A stretch of 64,000 nt of DNA from an uncultured Ignavibacteriales bacterium. GTDB taxonomy: Bacteria > Zixibacteria > MSB-5A5 > GN15 > FEB-12. Location: the NCBI GenBank assembly GCA_964464605.1, contig CAYXJN010000001.1:379068-443067 (forward strand), written 5' to 3'. Each line of letters opens with the position of its first letter. The first letter of the stretch is position 1. Of this stretch, positions 1 through 8,415 are shown piece after piece. A program made the position numbers and the translations under genes. Under the pieces are notes generated by a model. The model was not told the origin of the DNA and did no database searches. It saw nothing but the letters and a program-made list of their open reading frames with translations.

Positions 1-53
1 CGCATTTGCGTCTGGAATTCGTAAGTGCGAAGATCGTTCGGGGAAATGTCCAT
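1..53 (-). CDS. divIVA: DivIVA-domain protein, 5' end only (runs off window)
   Basis: Reverse strand from ATG at 53 reads MDISPNDLRTYEFQTQMR, matching the DivIVA N-terminal pattern (xTPxDIxxxxFxxxxRGY); lies downstream of yggS as is common. Not in the ORF track. Confidence 0.7.
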   Translation of the reverse strand, partial: MDISPNDLRTYEFQTQM

Positions 54-268
54 ACTTCACTCTCTTATGTTAGCAGTTTGTTCTCGTTATTAAGGCAGCA
101 AGACCGCCCGATTCAACCGTTTTCAGCCCCAAAAAGAGCGGTCTTACTGTCTGTCTAATTATCGAACTTTGAGAGGGAAATCTTTATCGGAATCTCGATT
201 TGGAAGGAATGAGAATAACCCCAAAAACAAAAGTGCCGACGGCACCCGTTTCGATTTGAAACAGAGGA

Positions 269-994
269 TTATTCGGAGGATTCTTCAGGCTCAATTTCGA
301 CATTCCCTGTGCGGGAACCGAATATAGCCGAGCCAATCCGTAAAAGCGTGGCGCCCTCGGCGATAGCGAGTTCAAAATCGTCGCTCATTCCCATCGAGAG
401 CGCTTCAAAATGTTCATCCGTGAGCTTTTTTGCCTCTTCGAACAGATTATGACAAAGGCGAAAGGCTTCGCGGACATCGTTTTCATCCTCACTAAGCGGG
501 CCGATAGTCATGAGTCCGGTGAGGGTGATATTCGGCAGGACGGCGACTGCTTCCACCAGGTGAAGTGTATCATCCGGCGCGACACCATGTTTTTGTGATT
601 CGCCGGAGCAGTTCACTTCGATCAGGCATTCGATTTCTTTATTTAATTCGACTGCGTGGCGGCTGATTTCCTGTGCAAGTTTGTGTGAGTCGATTGACTG
701 GATAACATCGAATAACTGCACCGCTTTTTTTGCCTTGTTGCTTTGTAAATGGCCGATCATGTGGAGCTTTGAAGTGCCGGGTTCCAAAAGCGCGAACTTC
801 TTTTCTGCTTCCTGCACTTTGCTTTCACCTATGTTATGAATTCCGGCGGCAACAGCCATTTTAATTGCCGATACCGGGTGTGACTTGGTAACGGCGACAA
901 TACTGATATCGTCGACCCGGCGTTCGTATTCGTTGCAGGCATTCGCAATTCGACCACGAACATCGATGATGCTTTTTGAAATATCTGATTTCAT
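269..994 (-). CDS. yggS: PLP homeostasis protein YggS/PLPBP
   Basis: AVTK lysine, GESKVQE, HMIGHLQSNK, GLMTI, LSMGMSDD, LRIGSAIFG motifs. Confidence 0.95.
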   Translation of the reverse strand: MKSDISKSIIDVRGRIANACNEYERRVDDISIVAVTKSHPVSAIKMAVAAGIHNIGESKVQEAEKKFALLEPGTSKLHMIGHLQSNKAKKAVQLFDVIQSIDSHKLAQEISRHAVELNKEIECLIEVNCSGESQKHGVAPDDTLHLVEAVAVLPNITLTGLMTIGPLSEDENDVREAFRLCHNLFEEAKKLTDEHFEALSMGMSDDFELAIAEGATLLRIGSAIFGSRTGNVEIEPEESSE

Positions 995-1082
995 GATGTT
1001 CCAGTATCTTTGTATCTATCGGCAGAATCAAGCCTAATTTACTACGATTGCGTCACAAACGAATTTCCGCTTCAGCTTTAAC

Positions 1083-1110
1083 TTGTTATACGCCACAGAG
1101 TCATTAATAT
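1083..1110 (+). promoter_or_regulatory. putative sigma70 promoter of alr (leaderless)
   Basis: TTGTTA-16nt-TAATAT, ATG 7 nt downstream, no Shine-Dalgarno. Confidence 0.45.
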
Positions 1111-1117
1111 TTGCGGC

Positions 1118-2278
1118 ATGAAAACCAAACCGGCTGCGATGCTTTCCTGGATCGAGCTTTCCGCTTCAGCGCTTGAGCAAAATATCCGTTCACTTTCCAA
1201 ATTGGTAAAAGGAAGGCCGATTGCGGCATCAGTCAAATCAAACGCGTATGGTCACGGCATCTCGCAGGTAGCGACGCTGCTTTTACCGCTTAGAGAAGTC
1301 TGGTATCTGAGTGTGCATTCTGTTGAAGAAGCACGGCAGTGCCGGTTCGCCGGATGGAACCGCGCGATCATGCTGCTGGGGCCAGCGGCACCGAGTGAAG
1401 TTGATGCGATTATCGAATATGATTTGGAACCGACGATTTTTGATATCGAAACCCTCGACGCGCTTGGCAAACTGAGTAAAAAACACAAACGTGCAATCAA
1501 GACGCATTTGAAACTGGAAACGGGAACGAACCGTCAGGGAATTACCGCTAAAGAAATTCCTGCGTTTGTAAAGTTGTATAAAAAGTACGCTTCGCTCGGT
1601 GGTATTTATGGTGCGAGTACGCATTTTGCGAATATCGAAGATACAACTAATCATGCCTACGCCGAGCATCAGCTGGATCAATTCAAAACACTCGTGAACC
1701 AACTCAAAAAAAATGGATGCAGCCCTAAGTTGTTGCATACAGCTTCGTCAGCAGCAGCTATTTTGTTTGAGAAAACGCGGTTTGATTTAGTCCGCCCGGG
1801 AATTTCTGTTTATGGGCACTGGCCGTCGAAGGAAACGTATTTGTCGCATAAGCTGATGGGCGGAAACAATAATCTGTTTACGCCGCTGTTGACATGGAAA
1901 ACACGGATAACGCAGTTGAAAAATGTTCCGGCGGGTGAATTCGTTTCTTATGGGTGTACTTATCGCACTACTACAAAAACAAAATTGGCGGTGTTGCCGA
2001 TCGGCTATTACGACGGATACAGCCGTGCCCTTTCCAATCGCGGACATGTGTTAGTTCACGGGCATCGCGCACCGGTGCGCGGCAGGGTGTGCATGAATCT
2101 GATGATGGTCGATGTCACCCACATTCCGAATGTCAAACTACATGACGAAGTAGTCGTAATTGGCCGCCAGAAAGATGAAGTCGTATCAGCTGAGATGGTC
2201 GGCGACTGGGCGGGAACGATTAACTATGAGGTTCTGGGGCGACTGAACTCGGCGATACCGAGAGTGATAGTAAAGTAA
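1118..2278 (+). CDS. alr: alanine racemase
   Basis: VKSNAYGHG PLP-lysine motif, HLKLETGTNRQG, THFA, VRPGISVYG, IGYYDG, GRVCMN, GTINYEVL. Confidence 0.95.
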   Translation: MKTKPAAMLSWIELSASALEQNIRSLSKLVKGRPIAASVKSNAYGHGISQVATLLLPLREVWYLSVHSVEEARQCRFAGWNRAIMLLGPAAPSEVDAIIEYDLEPTIFDIETLDALGKLSKKHKRAIKTHLKLETGTNRQGITAKEIPAFVKLYKKYASLGGIYGASTHFANIEDTTNHAYAEHQLDQFKTLVNQLKKNGCSPKLLHTASSAAAILFEKTRFDLVRPGISVYGHWPSKETYLSHKLMGGNNNLFTPLLTWKTRITQLKNVPAGEFVSYGCTYRTTTKTKLAVLPIGYYDGYSRALSNRGHVLVHGHRAPVRGRVCMNLMMVDVTHIPNVKLHDEVVVIGRQKDEVVSAEMVGDWAGTINYEVLGRLNSAIPRVIVK

Positions 2279-2305
2279 TCAGGGTTGCTCCTTCGGGGTT
2301 TCTTG

Positions 2306-2692
2306 ATGCTCAAATACTTTCTCCTCTGGTTTCCGATGATTCTCATCGCAATTATCAACGGAACAATTCGTCAGTATTGTTATCTCAAGTATGTCGGGGA
2401 ATTGCGGGCGCACCAGCTTTCGACAGTCACCGCGATTTTGTTTATGGGTGCATATATCTGGGCTGTTATCGCAAAGTGGCAGCCAACTTCGTCAAGACAA
2501 GCGATACTCATCGGTCTTCTTTGGCTGGTGATGACTGTTGCGTTTGAATTTTGGATGGGACGGTATATCGGCAAGCATCCCTGGAGTGAGTTGCTTAAAG
2601 ATTACAATATTGCAGAAGGAAGAATTTGGTTGTTGTTATTACTCTGGATAGCAATTGCGCCGTGTTTGTTTTATAGAATTACCAAGAATTAA
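2306..2692 (+). CDS. small four-TM membrane protein, unknown function
   Basis: Hydrophobic ORF after alr; ATG 2306 preferred to TTG 2285. Confidence 0.7.
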   Translation: MLKYFLLWFPMILIAIINGTIRQYCYLKYVGELRAHQLSTVTAILFMGAYIWAVIAKWQPTSSRQAILIGLLWLVMTVAFEFWMGRYIGKHPWSELLKDYNIAEGRIWLLLLLWIAIAPCLFYRITKN

Positions 2693-3747
2693 TACTCCAC
2701 CAACAAAGATTCGGAACTGAATCCGGGGCCTAAGGCAGACAACAAAGCATGACGTTTGATAGGGGTGGGTTGGTAGTACTTATTTAAGAATCGCTCTAGC
2801 ACGAACAGAATCGCTACTGAAGACATATTCCCGCAATCACGCAACACTTCACGACAGATACACATCGCGTTGCTTGGCAGCTCCAGCGCCGCTTCGTATG
2901 CTTCAATAACTTTTCGTCCACCGGGATGAAAGAGGAAAGCATTGATATCGCTCAGTGTTAGATCATGTCGTTTCAAAAATGATTGTAAGTCTCCAGCGGT
3001 TTGATCACGGACAATATCCGGAATACGCTGCGCGAAGATAACTTGCAACCCTTCCTCTACCATATTCCATCCCATAACATCCAGCGAATCCCTATAAAAG
3101 ACACTTTGTGTCTCTAATATTTTTAATCCAGTTTTTCCTACTTCATCGCCGCTCAACAAAACGGCAGCAGCCCCTTCACCGAATAATGCGCACGCCACTA
3201 AATTGCTGCGGGAAAAGTCGTCGGCTAAAAATGTCAGTCCGCACATTTCGGCAGCAACGACAATCACGTTATGATTGGGATGCGCCAACAAATAATGGTA
3301 CGCATGCGACAACCCTGCCGCTCCGCCTGCGCAACCAAGCCCCCAAATAGGTGTGCGGCGAATATCAGAACGTAATCCGAGCGAGTTGATTAAACGGGCA
3401 TCAATGGATGGCGTCGCTAATCCGGTGGTGTTGATATAGATGAGATAGTCGATATCCTCTTTTTTGGTGCTCGTTTGATGCAATAATGTTTCTATCGCCT
3501 GTTTCGAAAGATCGGTGGCGTGTTTGACATACTCGGCATTCTTTTCGACAAAAGAATGTTTTTGTGCGAACCAATCGAGCGGCTTGGAGAAATAGCGGGT
3601 TTCGATTCCCGAGGAATCAAACACCCCTAACAGTCGGTCAATGTCGGCATGGTATGATTGGAAAAGCGCGTGTGCGAATGCGCGGGCATCTGCTTGGTCC
3701 ACGCGATATGGTGGAACTGCGGTGGCAACGCCGCGAATCAGCGGCAT
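2689..3747 (-). CDS. type III polyketide synthase (chalcone synthase superfamily, BpsA/SrsA-like)
   Basis: Catalytic triad GLGCAGG (Cys), FHPGG (His), GNMSS (Asn); ALFGEGAAA; LGPGFS. Confidence 0.9.
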   Translation of the reverse strand: MPLIRGVATAVPPYRVDQADARAFAHALFQSYHADIDRLLGVFDSSGIETRYFSKPLDWFAQKHSFVEKNAEYVKHATDLSKQAIETLLHQTSTKKEDIDYLIYINTTGLATPSIDARLINSLGLRSDIRRTPIWGLGCAGGAAGLSHAYHYLLAHPNHNVIVVAAEMCGLTFLADDFSRSNLVACALFGEGAAAVLLSGDEVGKTGLKILETQSVFYRDSLDVMGWNMVEEGLQVIFAQRIPDIVRDQTAGDLQSFLKRHDLTLSDINAFLFHPGGRKVIEAYEAALELPSNAMCICREVLRDCGNMSSVAILFVLERFLNKYYQPTPIKRHALLSALGPGFSSESLLVEY

Positions 3748-3848
3748 ATGAATGTGAATAAACCATACATGTCTTATTAATCAAACAACTGGTCTGTCCA
3801 GAAAGTTCGTTCTTGGATGAAATATGGTAAATCAAAAAGCTTTGTGTC

Positions 3849-3925
3849 GGTGCCCCACCATTCATGGTGGATTCCATGCACTTAGCTGTTTGATTTGATC
3901 CCACCCTAAAGGGTGGGCTACCTAC
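3849..3925. repeat. REP-like palindrome cluster 1
   Basis: CCACCA-ttca-TGGTGG hairpin, plus minus-strand GTAG-CCCACCCT-TT-AGGGTGGG (3900-3921); related units at 6342, 23552, 41328. Confidence 0.7.
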
Positions 3926-3963
3926 GCATGGGGATTGAAGCGCACAAAAGCATCATTGATGCC

Positions 3964-4272
3964 TTAACTAACTCCCGGGCCGGGTTGGCGGGTGCCGCCC
4001 GCGGAGGATTCATACGCAATTCGCTGGTTAATCTTCTGCGCGGATGAATAGGCATCCCACATGCCGTAAATGAACAGAATCGGTGTGGTAATAAATCCGA
4101 TCAGGATGAACATTAGCACCCAGGAAATAGTGTACATAACAATAAAGGCGATTCCTTTGGCGATCTGCCCGTTGTAAATCTGGCCGAGTCCCATGTAAAA
4201 AAATGAAAACACAGCCGCAAGTCCCGGGTTCTTATAGAAAACCGGCGGTTGGGGCGGATAATTCGAGTTCAT
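3964..4272 (-). CDS. small membrane protein, TM2-like
   Basis: AGGAG RBS before ATG 4272; KNPGLAAVFSFFYMGLGQIYNGQ followed by TM helices. Confidence 0.75.
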   Translation of the reverse strand: MNSNYPPQPPVFYKNPGLAAVFSFFYMGLGQIYNGQIAKGIAFIVMYTISWVLMFILIGFITTPILFIYGMWDAYSSAQKINQRIAYESSAGGTRQPGPGVS

Positions 4273-4403
4273 GCTTTGTCTCCTATTGAGTAATCTGCTG
4301 AAAATATATACGGAATCGCCGGATAAATGGTCATTGTTTTTATTGGGAGTGGCCAAGTCCGGAAATCTGTCGATACAGTCCTCAAGCAGTGGAGGAACCA
4401 GCA

Positions 4404-4952
4404 ATGAAACAGTCCTTTTTTCTTATAGCCCTCGGCATTTTCTGTATGTCCTGCGGTCATAAACCGGAGGTTATCAAAGGAGAACAGGCTCCTTCGACGA
4501 GCTCCAAGCAGGCCGCTATCAGTTCAGAGCAAAAGGCTCTCGATCAGGCTGATACTTCATTTTCTGCCAATCTGGCTTTGTCGTTGCCGGAGGATATCCA
4601 GTTTGGGGTGGCACTGTACAATTCCGGCCAGTTTGAAAAAGCGCAGGATATACTGGAAAAGGCAATTGCCGCAGGCTCGGTCGACTGGCGGTCATTTTAT
4701 TTTCTGGGGATGACCTGCAAAGAGCTGAAACAATACCCCCGCGCCAAAAGCAGCATGCAAAACGCGCTCGCGTTTGCGCCGAATATTTCTCCGCTTCGTT
4801 CCGAGCTGTATACTGACCTGGCTCACATTTCTGAGTCAGCGGGTAATGCGCAGCAGGCATTATTGCAGTATCATATGGCTATGAACCTGAACACCGAAAA
4901 TATCCGGGCGAAAGATGGGGTTGATCGTCTTTCTCCGCGTACATCTAAATAG
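4404..4952 (+). CDS. TPR-repeat lipoprotein
   Basis: GGAGG RBS; signal peptide ending CMSC; TPR-like helices. Confidence 0.8.
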   Translation: MKQSFFLIALGIFCMSCGHKPEVIKGEQAPSTSSKQAAISSEQKALDQADTSFSANLALSLPEDIQFGVALYNSGQFEKAQDILEKAIAAGSVDWRSFYFLGMTCKELKQYPRAKSSMQNALAFAPNISPLRSELYTDLAHISESAGNAQQALLQYHMAMNLNTENIRAKDGVDRLSPRTSK

Positions 4953-4997
4953 TCTTATCTTGCCTTCGTATCTCCTGCCATGTATGGTATAAGCCGC

Positions 4998-5441
4998 ATG
5001 GCAGAAACACATTTTACCACCAGACGTTTAACTATCGACGACTACGATGCCCTTATCCGTGTCTGGGCGGATTCCGGCTTGCCCTACAAACCACGAGGCC
5101 GTGACAGCCGCGACAAAATCGAAAAACAGATGTCGCTCTACCACTGCGGGTTTTTTGGCGTGTTCGACGGTGGCAAGTTAGTCGGCGCGGTGGTAGCGAC
5201 CTATGATGGACGCAAAGGATGGATCAACCGAATCGGCGCGCATCCGGATTACCGTCGTCAGGGAATCGCAGGGATGCTAATTAAAGAATGCGAAACGTTT
5301 TTACATGGGTTGGGTGCGGAAGTAATCGGTGCATTGATTGAGCAATATAATTTCCCCTCGATGGAACTATTTCAAAAGAATGAATATCTTTTCCATGAAG
5401 GACTGTATCATTTTTCAAAACGCAGGAGTAAAGAGGTGTAA
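4998..5441 (+). CDS. GNAT-family acetyltransferase (YpeA-like)
   Basis: DGRKGWINRIGAHPDYRRQGIA acetyl-CoA-binding motif. Confidence 0.85.
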   Translation: MAETHFTTRRLTIDDYDALIRVWADSGLPYKPRGRDSRDKIEKQMSLYHCGFFGVFDGGKLVGAVVATYDGRKGWINRIGAHPDYRRQGIAGMLIKECETFLHGLGAEVIGALIEQYNFPSMELFQKNEYLFHEGLYHFSKRRSKEV

Positions 5442-5443
5442 CT

Positions 5444-6175
5444 ATGAAACGACACAGGCTGGCTATTCTGTTGTTCAGTTGTATTTTGGTTTTTGTCAGT
5501 AGCGAAACGATGGCCGAAACATGCTGCACTTGTCCCGGCGGTTTCGGTTCCAAATCCGGTTCTGCCGCGATTATCAAAACAACAGGAAACGGCACCTACC
5601 CCCCGCTTATCGTGTGCGGATCACTGGACTTTCAACTCGATGACACTACGGCTTTGGCATCGGAATACGAGATATATTCTTACGGATCCGACAGCTCACT
5701 GATGTATTTTGACGCGGATCAAGTATGCAAAGTGGTCACATCGGGCAGCAAACTTCACATAACCGAATACCGACGGGGTCCTATCGGCGAGAATTGGCGG
5801 TGGATAGATTTTCCTGTCCGCGAATTCGTTGTCTATGCTGACTTATCCCACCCGGTCGAACAAAAAACGATTTTCAAGTTTCGCCAGATGACCGCAGATG
5901 AAATCAGCGAAGCATTGGCGCGGTATCATGCGGCGGTTGAATCAGGACAAGTGGCGAGCTACGACACTCAAACGGAGATGTATTCTATTCTTGGCAGCAT
6001 CTGGACAGCCGCTTTGAACGGAGACAGTTCGGCATTTGGGGTGCTTGATGCTATGTGGGAACCGCTGAAATTCGACGGTGAAATAGCTGAAGCTTACATG
6101 AATATGCGCAGCGTGTACAATGTATATGCGAAAGCACTCGGAAACCTGCCGTTACTTGCGGAGGAGGAAGAGTAA
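5444..6175 (+). CDS. secreted hypothetical protein
   Basis: GAGG RBS, signal peptide, 243-aa ORF, no recognised domain. Confidence 0.7.
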   Translation: MKRHRLAILLFSCILVFVSSETMAETCCTCPGGFGSKSGSAAIIKTTGNGTYPPLIVCGSLDFQLDDTTALASEYEIYSYGSDSSLMYFDADQVCKVVTSGSKLHITEYRRGPIGENWRWIDFPVREFVVYADLSHPVEQKTIFKFRQMTADEISEALARYHAAVESGQVASYDTQTEMYSILGSIWTAALNGDSSAFGVLDAMWEPLKFDGEIAEAYMNMRSVYNVYAKALGNLPLLAEEEE

Positions 6176-6189
6176 CGAGGTTTGAATGA

Positions 6190-6404
6190 GTAGGTCAAAA
6201 CCCCTGCGGTTTTGACATTTTCTTTGTAGGTAGGCGTTTCGAGTCTTCGAGAAACCCGACAAATTCTTCACGAATCATTTGACCCCACAGCAAGCTGTGG
6301 GCGACCCAGCCGAAGATAAAGATTATTAGTTTACAAATCCGGTAGCACACCCTTTAGGGTGTGATCTTATGCCTTGGTCCCCCACCAATCCTTGGTGGGT
6401 TTCC
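6190..6404. repeat. REP-like palindrome cluster 2 (five hairpins)
   Basis: GTAGGTCAAAACCCCTGCGGTTTTGAC (6190-6216); GTAGGCGTTTC..GAAACCCGAC (6230-6260); CCCACAGC-AA-GCTGTGGG; GTAGCACACCCTTTAGGGTGTG (6342-6363); CCCACCAA-tcc-TTGGTGGG; between convergent genes. Confidence 0.75.
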
Positions 6405-6440
6405 TATTTTCGGGCTGCCAGCTTTCAACGCAATGTGAAT

Positions 6441-7082
6441 TTACTTACTTACGCTATCATTCCAGAGTGCAGGAGCTATCCCTTTTTTTGAACTCAAAAT
6501 GATACAAGTGTCTCGGTAAGCCTTTGCAATTGAATCTTTACCTAACGCTTCAAAGTGATAAGCCAAATTTAGATATCTAACGTAGTCGGTAGGTTCTTGA
6601 GCTACATCAAGTCTCAAATATTTCTCGCATTCGTCTATCTTTCCTTGTCTATAAAGGATTGCCGACATTAAAAGATATGGTTTGTATGGACTTGGGCACT
6701 TTTGAATACCTCTTTGGGCGTAAGTAAAAGCAGAGTCGAGTTCGCCTAAGCGCATTAAAACGATACCCATTAGTTCCATTCCTCTACAGGCATCAGGATT
6801 CAGAGTTAACCCTTCTCTAACTCTTCGTCCGGCTAGAGTAAGCCGCTCTAATTCAAGTGCAGTTAATGGATTGTCAATACCTATTGTTAGCCATGGTGAA
6901 CCCTCACGATTGGCAAGTATATCATTCGATTCATTGAAGAGTTTTTTAGCTTCGATTTGCTTATCCATCTCTCGATCAGACATTTGAAAATGTAACGAAA
7001 GAATTGAAATATATAGCGCTCCAATAGCTACTAGTTTCGTAAACCAATCAGAGTTCTTTTTAGGTTTTTCTGGCTGCTCCAT
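6441..7082 (-). CDS. TPR-containing membrane-anchored protein, AT-rich
   Basis: GAGGA RBS, N-terminal TM, TPR-like helices; visibly more AT-rich than neighbours. Confidence 0.7.
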   Translation of the reverse strand: MEQPEKPKKNSDWFTKLVAIGALYISILSLHFQMSDREMDKQIEAKKLFNESNDILANREGSPWLTIGIDNPLTALELERLTLAGRRVREGLTLNPDACRGMELMGIVLMRLGELDSAFTYAQRGIQKCPSPYKPYLLMSAILYRQGKIDECEKYLRLDVAQEPTDYVRYLNLAYHFEALGKDSIAKAYRDTCIILSSKKGIAPALWNDSVSK

Positions 7083-7113
7083 AATATCCTCGTTATTGCT
7101 ACTTTTCTCACCC

Positions 7114-7141
7114 TTGACGATTTTGGCTTTTCTATTATATT
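7114..7141 (+). promoter_or_regulatory. putative sigma70 promoter of the Cys leader and transsulfuration operon
   Basis: TTGACG(7114-7119)-16nt-TATATT(7136-7141); ATG 7150 follows after 8 nt with no SD. Confidence 0.6.
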
Positions 7142-7149
7142 ACTTCCCT

Positions 7150-7278
7150 ATGCAACTCAGCAAACGGAACAGCCCGATCTCATTTGAAACCGTTATTGGA
7201 CGGTGCATCTGCTGCATGACTATTGATAGCTGCTGTTGCAATACTCACGGCCGCGCTTATCGAGTGACTACCGCATAA
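7150..7278 (+). CDS. Cys-rich leader peptide (42 aa), putative attenuator peptide
   Basis: MQLSKRNSPISFETVIGRCICCMTIDSCCCNTHGRAYRVTTA: six Cys codons within 7204-7239, upstream of a terminator and cysteine-metabolism genes. Confidence 0.75.
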   Translation: MQLSKRNSPISFETVIGRCICCMTIDSCCCNTHGRAYRVTTA

Positions 7279-7337
7279 CTTATTATTAGACAGTCACTTT
7301 ACGCGTTCGGCCGCCAGCTCTTATGGCGGCTTTTTTT
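7248..7337 (+). promoter_or_regulatory. attenuator: antiterminator overlapping an intrinsic terminator
   Basis: Antiterminator CGGCCG 7248-7253/7308-7313 plus AGTGACT 7263-7269/AGTCACT 7292-7298; terminator GCCGCCA 7310-7316/TGGCGGC 7324-7330 then T7; the two share 7310-7313. Confidence 0.75.
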
Positions 7338-7386
7338 ATTCCGATAAATCGGATATACTACAAGCAAAAGAATCTTTGGAGGATAC

Positions 7387-8415
7387 TTGAAAACAGCAAC
7401 GCGTAAACCCGCTTATCGTCCGCCGCAAAAGGATGAGAAGTTTTGGGTGGATGATATTACCGAGGCAATCGGCAACACCCCGTTAGTGCGGTTGAACCGC
7501 ATGGCCAAGGATGCGGGTGTGAAAGCAACAGTGCTCGTGAAACCGGAATTTCTGAATCCGACCGGATCGGTCAAAGACCGTATGGCTGTCTTTCTTTTGA
7601 AAAAAGCAGTCGCGGATGGGAAACTCAAACCGGGCGGCACCATCGTAGAAGCTACTTCCGGTAACACCGGCGCAGCAGCAGCGATGTTCGCAGCTGCCAA
7701 CGGCTACAAAATAATTCTGACTATTCCGGATAAGATGTCCAAAGAAAAAGTGGACGCCCTTCGAGCCTTTGGCGCTACCGTGCATGTCTGTCCGACGGCG
7801 GTTCCTGCCGAATCACCGGAAAGCTATTATGAAACCGCGAAACGGATGCACCGTGAAAACCCCGGTTCGTATTTCATCGCGCAGTATTTCAATCTCGATA
7901 ACATTCAGGCGCACTACGAAAGCACCGGCCCGGAAATCTGGTGGCAAACTGGCGGACAGTTGGATGTGTTAGTCGGCGGTATCGGAACGGGCGGCACAAT
8001 GTCCGGCACCTGCAAGTTTATCAAAGAGCAGAATCCGAAAGTCGAAACGGTTGCGGCTGACCCGATCGGTTCGATCTATTATGAATATCACAAGAGCAAA
8101 ACGATGACTGAACCGCATACCTACTTTGTTGAAGGTATCGGTGAAGATATGCTCTGCCCGACGATGAATTTCTCCGTTATCGATAAAGTGTACAAAGTAA
8201 CCGACAAAGAATGTTTTCTTGCCGCGCGGGATTTAACGCGCAAAGAAGGCATCTTTGCCGGTGGTTCTTCGGGTGCGGCGGTGCACGTTGCGCTGAAACA
8301 TGCCAAGACTCTTGACGCGAACAAAATCGTGGTGGTCATTCTGCCGGACGGCGGCGGTAAATATATCAGCAAACAGTTCAATGATGACTGGATGCGGGAA
8401 AAAGGATTTCTCTAA
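7387..8415 (+). CDS. cystathionine beta-synthase / cysteine synthase family PLP enzyme (no C-terminal CBS domains)
   Basis: IGNTPLVRL, EFLNPTGSVKDR, EATSGNTG, GIGTGGT, VEGIGED, ILPDGGGKY; GGAGG RBS with TTG start. Confidence 0.9.
   Translation: MKTATRKPAYRPPQKDEKFWVDDITEAIGNTPLVRLNRMAKDAGVKATVLVKPEFLNPTGSVKDRMAVFLLKKAVADGKLKPGGTIVEATSGNTGAAAAMFAAANGYKIILTIPDKMSKEKVDALRAFGATVHVCPTAVPAESPESYYETAKRMHRENPGSYFIAQYFNLDNIQAHYESTGPEIWWQTGGQLDVLVGGIGTGGTMSGTCKFIKEQNPKVETVAADPIGSIYYEYHKSKTMTEPHTYFVEGIGEDMLCPTMNFSVIDKVYKVTDKECFLAARDLTRKEGIFAGGSSGAAVHVALKHAKTLDANKIVVVILPDGGGKYISKQFNDDWMREKGFL

Noticed and set aside
6190..6404. CRISPR array or integron attC sites suggested by clustered palindromes
   Set aside because: Hairpins differ from each other, there is no regular repeat-spacer period, no cas or intI gene, and no RYYYAAC..GTTRRRY ends.
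7096..7149. TTG-start extension making the leader ORF 60 aa
   Set aside because: It overlaps the predicted -35/-10 elements; ATG 7150 fits better.
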